Assembly: GCA_942493105.1 (NCBI GenBank)
Contig: OW818668.1
Coordinates: 1,020,001-1,052,000, forward strand
Reading direction: 5' to 3'
Length of the DNA stretch: 32,000 bases
Source: an uncultured Erysipelotrichaceae bacterium
GTDB lineage: Bacteria > Bacillota_I > Bacilli_A > Erysipelotrichales > Erysipelotrichaceae
Position numbers and translations under genes: made by a program. The notes under the pieces are model-generated. The model did no database searches. It saw nothing but the letters and a program-made list of their open reading frames with translations, and was not told the DNA's origin. Positions 25,331-32,000 of the stretch are shown in pieces (position 1 is the first letter of the stretch; every line of letters begins with the position of its first letter).

Positions 25331-27107
25331 GAGAGTGTTACTTGTCTTATTATTATCGCTGAGTTTGATGTCATGTAAGAAGACCCCTGAAATCGTCCTA
25401 ACTCCTCTTGAAGAAAAATTAGCTTCCATGACTTTAGATGAAAAACTAGGTCAAATGATCCAAGCTGAACGCAATGCGGTCAATACAGCCATCATCAATC
25501 AGCTCAATCTGGGCTCTATTTTAAGTGGAGGAGGATCTCATCCAAGTCCCAATACCGTAGATGCTTGGTTAGCTCTAACCACCAAGATGAACAATGCCTC
25601 TAAAAACGGTTCAGCAGGCTTACCTTTGCTTTATGGCGTGGATGCAGTCCATGGCCATAATAATGTGGAGGGTTTGGTTTTGTTTCCCCACAACAGTGCT
25701 TTAGGGGCGACCCATGATGAGAATTTACTTGAAAGAATAGGTCAAGCCGTTGGGGTTCAGTTAAGAGCGACCGGGATTGCGTGGAATTTTGCGCCATGTT
25801 TGGCTGTTGTTCAAGATATTCGTTGGGGAAGAGCCTATGAAGGTTTCTCAGAAGAACCCAATTTGGTGGCTTCTTTAGGAGCTGCCTACATCAAAGGACT
25901 TCAATCCGAAGGCATCATGGCCACTGCGAAACATTATCTTGCGGATGGCGGAACCGATTTTGACAGTTCTAAAAACAGTTATCCAATCGATCAAGGCAAT
26001 GTGTCTTTGACAGAAGCAGAAGTCAGAGCACTACACCTTATTCCTTATATAAAAGCCATTCAAGAAGGCAACGTTAAAAGCATCATGGTTTCCTTTAGTT
26101 CCATCAACAATCAAAAGATGCATGGATCAAAATATTGGATCACCACGGTTTTAAAAGAAGAACTCGAGTTTGATGGGATCGTCATCTCCGATTGGGAAGC
26201 CATTCATCAATTACCCGGTTCTTTGATTTATCAAGTTTCTTCCGCCATCAATGCGGGCGTGGATATGCTGATGGAACCCTATCAATATAAAGAAGTCCTT
26301 GCGGTCATGAAAAGAGCTGTTGAGAATGGAACCATCAAGATGGAAAGAATCGATGATGCGGTCATGCGTATTCTTAAAGTCAAAGATGATCTTAAGTTGT
26401 CCACAGGTTTAGCAAGTGCCTCCATCGACATGGAAGGAGATAAAGCATTGGCTCGAGAAGCCGTTGCGAAGTCTCAAGTCTTACTTAAAAATGATGGCGT
26501 CTTGCCTTTAGCGAAGAACACCGATATATTACTCATTGGTCCTGGTATCGATAATGTTGGTTATCAAGCAGGGGGTTGGTCCTTCTCTTGGCAAGGTGAA
26601 AAAGACAATACCCATTTTCCCAACGCAACGACGCTTTTAGAAGCATTCACAGCGATTGCACAAGCCAATGGGGCTCGTGTTTATACCCAACTTAAAGATG
26701 CTTCTAAAGCCGATGTGGTGGTACTGGTATTGACAGAAGATCCCTATGCGGAAGGCGTAGGCGATACGAAGACCTTGAGTTTGACTTCTGGTTTAGCCCA
26801 TCCTGATAATGCAGATGCGATCAGACAGGCAAAACTCATCAAGAAACCCGTTATCACATTATTGATGAGTGGAAGACCTTTGATCGTAGCAGATGAACTA
26901 GAACATTGGGATGCGTTTGTGATGAGTTGGTTGTTTGGAACCGAAGCACAAGGGGTAACCGATGTGTTGTATGGCGATGTGAATTTCAGCGGAACTCTAA
27001 GTTTTACATGGCCAAAGATCCCTGAAGCCAATACGACATCTTCAATGAATCCAGATCGTAAACCTGATGATATCCAATTTGAGATCGGATCAGGATTGAC
27101 ATACTAA
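25317..27107 (+). CDS. GH3 exo-beta-glucanase / beta-glucosidase lipoprotein (plant ExoI / ExoP-like), surface exposed
   Basis: Lipobox 'LSLMSC' when started at ATG 25317. Motifs 'LDEKLGQMIQAER', 'LYGVDAVHGHNN', 'DIRWGRAYEGFSEEP', 'KHYLADGGT' and 'IVISDWEAI' (nucleophile Asp). Confidence 0.9.
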   Translation: MIIAKRVLLVLLLSLSLMSCKKTPEIVLTPLEEKLASMTLDEKLGQMIQAERNAVNTAIINQLNLGSILSGGGSHPSPNTVDAWLALTTKMNNASKNGSAGLPLLYGVDAVHGHNNVEGLVLFPHNSALGATHDENLLERIGQAVGVQLRATGIAWNFAPCLAVVQDIRWGRAYEGFSEEPNLVASLGAAYIKGLQSEGIMATAKHYLADGGTDFDSSKNSYPIDQGNVSLTEAEVRALHLIPYIKAIQEGNVKSIMVSFSSINNQKMHGSKYWITTVLKEELEFDGIVISDWEAIHQLPGSLIYQVSSAINAGVDMLMEPYQYKEVLAVMKRAVENGTIKMERIDDAVMRILKVKDDLKLSTGLASASIDMEGDKALAREAVAKSQVLLKNDGVLPLAKNTDILLIGPGIDNVGYQAGGWSFSWQGEKDNTHFPNATTLLEAFTAIAQANGARVYTQLKDASKADVVVLVLTEDPYAEGVGDTKTLSLTSGLAHPDNADAIRQAKLIKKPVITLLMSGRPLIVADELEHWDAFVMSWLFGTEAQGVTDVLYGDVNFSGTLSFTWPKIPEANTTSSMNPDRKPDDIQFEIGSGLTY

Positions 27108-27126
27108 AAAGCGCTTTGCGCTTTTT
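27106..27126. terminator. Bidirectional terminator between the convergent GH3 lipoprotein and GH16 lipoprotein genes
   Basis: AAAAAGCGC-ttt-GCGCTTTTT with A-run and T-run flanks on both strands. Confidence 0.7.
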
Positions 27127-27146
27127 TTGACTTTATGGTTAGGATA

Positions 27147-28037
27147 CTACTTCTTAGTTGCCAAGATGGCTGGCATTTGAGGACTTTGGTATACACGGAT
27201 GTAATCGACCTGCATGGTTTGTGGCCAACCTGTTTCTGCAATCCCTTGAGCTCCGCCCCAATCTCCTCCAACGGCCGTATTGACGATCAAGAAGAATTTG
27301 CGGTCAAAGGGCCATGCTTTGGAAGTCGGACAATTCAAATAAAGTCCAGGTGCGAAGCGATACATGAACTTACCGTCGATGTAGAATCTGATCTGATCCG
27401 GTAACCACTCTACAGTATAAAGATGAAAGGCATCCCCATCTTTGATCGTTGTATCAAAGCCTTGCTGAGTGCCTTTTTTATGGTTATAGGAAGCGGTATG
27501 AACCGTGCCGTAGACTCGATCAGGGGCATATCCTACATATTCTACGATGTCGATTTCACCTGAATTAGGCCAAGTGCCATAGGCAGATGAACTTGTCGGC
27601 ATCATCCATACGGCAGCCCAAGAACCTTTATTTTCTGGCATTTTCGCATAGACATCGATCTTGCCGTATAAGAAGTCTGCTTTATTGCGGGTGATCATGC
27701 GCGATGAGGTATAGTTCTTGCCTTCAAAGGTTTCTTTGCGGATCTCGATGTTCAATAAGCCGTCTTTGACAGTCGAATTAAGGCCGTTGGTGTAGTATTG
27801 AAGTTCATTATTGCCCCAACCGTTGCCGCCGATTTCATAGGTCCAATTGTCTAAGTTGACTTGTGTCCCATCAAACTCTTCAGCCCATACCAAATCATAG
27901 GTCAAACTGTTGAGATCATAGGTATAACCCATGGCTTTACAGGCCGTGGTTGAAGGTTCAGGCTCTTCTTTTTTGATACAGCTGCTGAGTGAGGAGATCG
28001 CAATGATCCCAATCAATAGGGTCTTTAGTGTTTTCAT
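27147..28037 (-). CDS. GH16 endo-beta-1,3-glucanase (laminarinase) lipoprotein, surface exposed
   Basis: Lipobox 'SLSSC'. Catalytic motif 'GEIDIVEYVG' plus 'WAAVWMM' and 'NTAVGGDWGG'. 296 aa. Confidence 0.9.
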   Translation of the reverse strand: MKTLKTLLIGIIAISSLSSCIKKEEPEPSTTACKAMGYTYDLNSLTYDLVWAEEFDGTQVNLDNWTYEIGGNGWGNNELQYYTNGLNSTVKDGLLNIEIRKETFEGKNYTSSRMITRNKADFLYGKIDVYAKMPENKGSWAAVWMMPTSSSAYGTWPNSGEIDIVEYVGYAPDRVYGTVHTASYNHKKGTQQGFDTTIKDGDAFHLYTVEWLPDQIRFYIDGKFMYRFAPGLYLNCPTSKAWPFDRKFFLIVNTAVGGDWGGAQGIAETGWPQTMQVDYIRVYQSPQMPAILATKK

Positions 28038-28044
28038 TGCCTAA

Positions 28045-28053
28045 ATTATATCA
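28045..28053 (-). promoter_or_regulatory. Extended -10 promoter (TGaTATAAT on the minus strand) for the GH16 lipoprotein gene; the ATG is only 7 nt downstream
   Basis: Plus-strand ATTATATCA at 28045-28053 is TGATATAAT on the minus strand. Seven nt (TTAGGCA) separate it from ATG 28037. Confidence 0.55.
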
Positions 28054-28066
28054 TTTTTACAGATTT

Positions 28067-28082
28067 ACGAAAGCGTTTTTGG
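28067..28082. promoter_or_regulatory. Operator-like motif, site E (ACGAAAGCGTTTTTGG), shared by divergent promoters
   Basis: It lies at the -35 position of the minus-strand promoter. It also directly abuts the extended -10 of the plus-strand GH1 promoter. Confidence 0.6.
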
Positions 28083-28088
28083 TAAAAT
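28080..28088 (+). promoter_or_regulatory. Extended -10 promoter (TGgTAAAAT) for the GH1 gene
   Basis: TGGTAAAAT at 28080-28088, identical to the -10 element at 11835-11843. SD AAAGGAG at 28102-28108 and ATG at 28115. Confidence 0.55.
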
Positions 28089-28096
28089 GAACTTGA

Positions 28097-29535
<1,439 letters not shown>

Positions 29536-29536
<1 letters not shown>

Positions 29537-30051
29537 TGCGCAAGATCATTTTTAGTTCAGCCATGAGTATTGATGGTTTCATCGCTGATCTGGATGATGG
29601 CTATGCATGGATACAAGGGGATGGCCATCATGAGTTGGACACGCCTAATAAGTGGGATTATGCCGCTTTCTTATCAACGGTTGATACCGTTGTGATGGGA
29701 AGACGTTGTTATGAGCTGAATCAACACAAAGATTTTATCGATCAAAAAGTGTTGGTTGCCTCTCATCAAGATCTCCATGATCCTTCAGTCACCTTTATTA
29801 AAGATCCTGTTGAAGTGTTGACTTCGCTTAAACAAACACCAGGTAAAAATATCTTTTTGTATGGAGGTGCTCAACTCTTTCAAAGCATCCTTCAATCAGG
29901 TTTGATCGATGAGATGATCATAGGGATTATCCCTGTCTTATTGAAAGATGGGATTCGTTTATTTGAACACAGTGCCGATCTTAAGTGGACTTTAAAAGAA
30001 ACCATGATCGATGATGGTGTTGTGATCTTGAGCTATCAGCGCAGAAACTGA
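29536..30051 (+). CDS. Dihydrofolate-reductase-family / RibD C-terminal-domain protein (YwjB-like)
   Basis: Motifs 'MRKIIFSSAMSIDGFIA', 'VDTVVMGRRCYE' and 'IFLYGGAQLFQSILQSGLIDEMII'. The ATG at 29536 overlaps the GH1 stop (TGATG). Position 29533 in the track is a TTG. Confidence 0.7.
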
Positions 30052-30080
30052 CCGTAAGCCAATGCTTACGGTTTTCTTTT
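30051..30080 (+). terminator. Rho-independent terminator
   Basis: ACCGTAAGC-caat-GCTTACGGT followed by TTTCTTTT. Confidence 0.8.
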
Positions 30081-30108
30081 AACTGAAATGAGTTGAATAG
30101 CGTATAAT
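30079..30108 (+). promoter_or_regulatory. Putative promoter (-35 TTAACT, 18-bp spacer, -10 TATAAT) giving a leaderless transcript
   Basis: TATAAT at 30103-30108. The ATG at 30115 is 6 nt downstream. No SD-like sequence lies in between. Confidence 0.55.
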
Positions 30109-30114
30109 GTTCAC

Positions 30115-31314
30115 ATGAACAAAACCATTACCTTAAAAAAAGGAGAAGGCAGAGTCCTGGCCGCCAAAGGCGCCTGGGTCTTTGATAACGAAATTGAATC
30201 CCAAGAAGAAGGCATCCAAAATGGTGAAATCGTCACGATTTTGGCACACAACGGCTTTCCATTAGGTCAAGGTTTCATCAATGCCAACTCTAAGATTAGA
30301 ATTCGTTTACTGACACGTGATGTCACCAAAGACGTCGATGAGGCTTTTATTCGATCTCAAGTTAAAAGAGCCTATGACTATCGCAAAGATCTCATGGATC
30401 TATCAAGTTGCCGTTTGATATTTGGAGAAGCTGATTTCTTACCTGGATTTATCGTTGATAAATTTGCGGGAGTATTGGTCGTCCAATCTTTAGCGTTAGG
30501 TATTGATCCTTTTAAGCTGATCATCGTTGATGAGTTGATCCAACTTTTAAAAGCTGATGGGATCACAGTGAGTGGTGTCTATGAAAGATCAGATGCGAAA
30601 GTCAGAGAACACGAAGGTCTGCAGAAAATCAAAGGTTTCATCTCAGAACCTTTTGATTCCCAAGTTGAAATCGTAGAGAATGGCGTTAAATTTATGGTCG
30701 ATGTCAAAGATGGCCAAAAGACAGGGTTTTTCTTAGATCAGAAATTCAATCGTGCCGCGATCCATAAACTCGTCAAAGGCAAAGAAGTCTTGGATTGTTT
30801 TACGCATACCGGTTCATTTGGCTTGAATGCGGCAGTCCATGGGGCAACGCATGTCACAGCCATTGACATTTCTCAATCTGCCATCGATCAGGCGATCGTT
30901 AATGCAAAACTCAATGCTGTTGAAGATAAAATGACCTTCTTGGTTGAAGATGTCTTTGATGCTTTGCCGATCATGGTCCAAAAACAAGTCAAGTTTGATG
31001 TGGTTGTTTTAGATCCACCATCCTTCGCAAAAAGCAGAGATGCTTTGAAGAATGCTTTAAAAGGTTACCGCGACATCAATACCCAAGCCATAAAGTTAGT
31101 TAAGGATCAAGGCTACTTGGTGACTGCATCCTGCACAAGTTTTGTTACACCGGACTTATTCAAAGAAACGATCGAAAAAGCATCAAAAGATGCCCATCGT
31201 CGAATCCGTCTTGTTGAATCTCGCTTCCAAAGTTTTGATCACCCTGTTTTATGGGGCGATGAGAATACACCTTATCTTAAATTCTATATCTTCCAAGTCA
31301 TCGATGAACAATAA
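30115..31314 (+). CDS. Class I SAM-dependent rRNA (cytosine-C5) methyltransferase, RlmI/YwbD-like (PUA plus MTase)
   Basis: N-terminal PUA-like 'ITLKKGEGRVLAAKGAWVFDNEI'. 'KTGFFLDQK'. SAM motif 'VLDCFTHTGSFGLNAA'. 'VVLDPPSFAKS' and the catalytic Cys region 'LVTASCTS'. Confidence 0.8.
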   Translation: MNKTITLKKGEGRVLAAKGAWVFDNEIESQEEGIQNGEIVTILAHNGFPLGQGFINANSKIRIRLLTRDVTKDVDEAFIRSQVKRAYDYRKDLMDLSSCRLIFGEADFLPGFIVDKFAGVLVVQSLALGIDPFKLIIVDELIQLLKADGITVSGVYERSDAKVREHEGLQKIKGFISEPFDSQVEIVENGVKFMVDVKDGQKTGFFLDQKFNRAAIHKLVKGKEVLDCFTHTGSFGLNAAVHGATHVTAIDISQSAIDQAIVNAKLNAVEDKMTFLVEDVFDALPIMVQKQVKFDVVVLDPPSFAKSRDALKNALKGYRDINTQAIKLVKDQGYLVTASCTSFVTPDLFKETIEKASKDAHRRIRLVESRFQSFDHPVLWGDENTPYLKFYIFQVIDEQ

Positions 31315-31317
31315 AGC

Positions 31318-31342
31318 AAGCGTGTCAAACACACGCTTTTTT
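31318..31342 (+). terminator. Rho-independent terminator
   Basis: AAGCGTGT-caaac-ACACGCTT followed by TTTT. Confidence 0.8.
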
Positions 31343-31344
31343 AA

Positions 31345-31352
31345 TGTATAAT
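31345..31352 (+). promoter_or_regulatory. Extended -10 promoter (TGTATAAT)
   Basis: TGTATAAT at 31345-31352. SD GAGGA at 31362-31366 and ATG at 31371. Confidence 0.5.
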
Positions 31353-31370
31353 AAAGTTAGTGAGGACAAT

Positions 31371-32000
31371 ATGAACTTAAAATCTAAAGAGGTCAAACAC
31401 GCACTGATCTATATTGGACTTAGTTTCGTCGCCATCATGATCATCATGAATCAAGCGTCGATCTTAAATGCACTCAAACTGATGTTTTCAGTTGTTTCGC
31501 CTTTTATATTGGGTTTAGCGATTGCTTTTGTCTTCAATGCACCGATGCGTAATATTGAGAAAAGAATCTTTGGTTTAACCCCTTTTACAAACAAACTGCC
31601 AAGTTCGGTAAAAAGAGTTGTATCTTATCTATTAACGTTGATCTTGATCACATCTGTTTTGGGAGCTTTTGTTATCTCAGTCGTACCTGCTTTGACCGCA
31701 ACCATCATCGACTTTATCAATGCGGTTCCGCAAGCCATTACCGATCTTCAGAATTGGATTGCTGATCAAGTCACCTTAGAAACACAAGTTGGATTATGGT
31801 TGACATCGATCAATTTTGATTTTGAAGTCGTTAAACAAAACATCATTTTGTTTGCTCAAAGCAGTGTTCAAAGTTGGTTGGATTCCTCATTCAATATCGT
31901 ATCCGGCGTCTTCAGTGCTTTTATTTCTCTATCCATCGCCTTTGTCTTTTCAATCTATGTTTTATTGAGTAAAGAACGTTTGGGCAATCAAATTAAAATG
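31371..32000 (+). CDS. AI-2E family transporter (PerM/UPF0118-like membrane protein), 3'-truncated by the window edge
   Basis: This ORF is absent from the track because it has no stop. ATG 31371 stays open to nt 32000 (MNLKSKEVKHALIYIGLSFVAIMIIMNQ...SPFILGLAIAFVFNAPMRNIEKRIFG...). Multi-TM profile with 'PFILGLAIAFV.N.P', typical of the family. Confidence 0.75.
   Translation, partial: MNLKSKEVKHALIYIGLSFVAIMIIMNQASILNALKLMFSVVSPFILGLAIAFVFNAPMRNIEKRIFGLTPFTNKLPSSVKRVVSYLLTLILITSVLGAFVISVVPALTATIIDFINAVPQAITDLQNWIADQVTLETQVGLWLTSINFDFEVVKQNIILFAQSSVQSWLDSSFNIVSGVFSAFISLSIAFVFSIYVLLSKERLGNQIKM

Noticed and set aside
27135-27404. 89-aa plus-strand ORF after the GH3 lipoprotein gene
   Set aside because: It starts inside the terminator region and lies antisense to the well-supported GH16 lipoprotein gene (27147-28037). 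It has no SD and no family features.
4860-28037. Recent duplication as the origin of the two GH16 genes and the two permease pairs
   Set aside because: The protein sequences share family motifs but differ at most positions outside them. I saw no extended nucleotide identity. These are old paralogues or independent acquisitions rather than a recent repeat.

Overview
Low-GC sequence (roughly 40% by eye). TGA acts as a stop, including several ATGA and TGATG gene junctions, so this is genetic code 11. Lipobox lipoproteins and GGAGG-type Shine-Dalgarno sites point to a monoderm host, probably Bacillota or Mycoplasmatota-like; I cannot assign a taxon from sequence alone. Almost the whole window is one carbohydrate island that looks dedicated to beta-glucan (laminarin-type beta-1,3/1,6) use. 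In order: (i) a 5'-truncated GH30, a YczE-like membrane protein and an MFS transporter. (ii) A divergent ROK kinase / LacI repressor pair. (iii) A cytoplasmic GH16-GH3-GH2-like operon. (iv) A separately terminated 535-aa lipoprotein solute-binding protein (SBP). (v) A gap-free run of about 15 kb and 11 genes: GH4, a 967-aa SBP fusion, permease pair 1, a secreted NHL-TPR-Yip1 membrane protein, a membrane-anchored 787-aa protein of unknown function, permease pair 2, a GH5 exo-beta-1,3-glucanase-like enzyme and a GH3 lipoprotein. (vi) A convergent GH16 laminarinase lipoprotein. (vii) GH1 6-phospho-beta-glucosidase plus a RibD_C/DHFR-family protein. The last 2 kb holds housekeeping genes: an RlmI-like methyltransferase and a 3'-truncated AI-2E family transporter. 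No ABC ATPase, PTS component, tRNA/rRNA, CRISPR array or mobile element was seen. The most interesting block is 13256-24324, an atypical transporter with four permease genes interrupted by two large uncharacterised surface proteins. A conserved 16-bp operator-like palindrome (ACGAAAG-CG-yTTTCgt) sits at all five catabolic promoters. Three promoter-proximal genes look leaderless. All family calls rest on motifs read by eye, with no database search.
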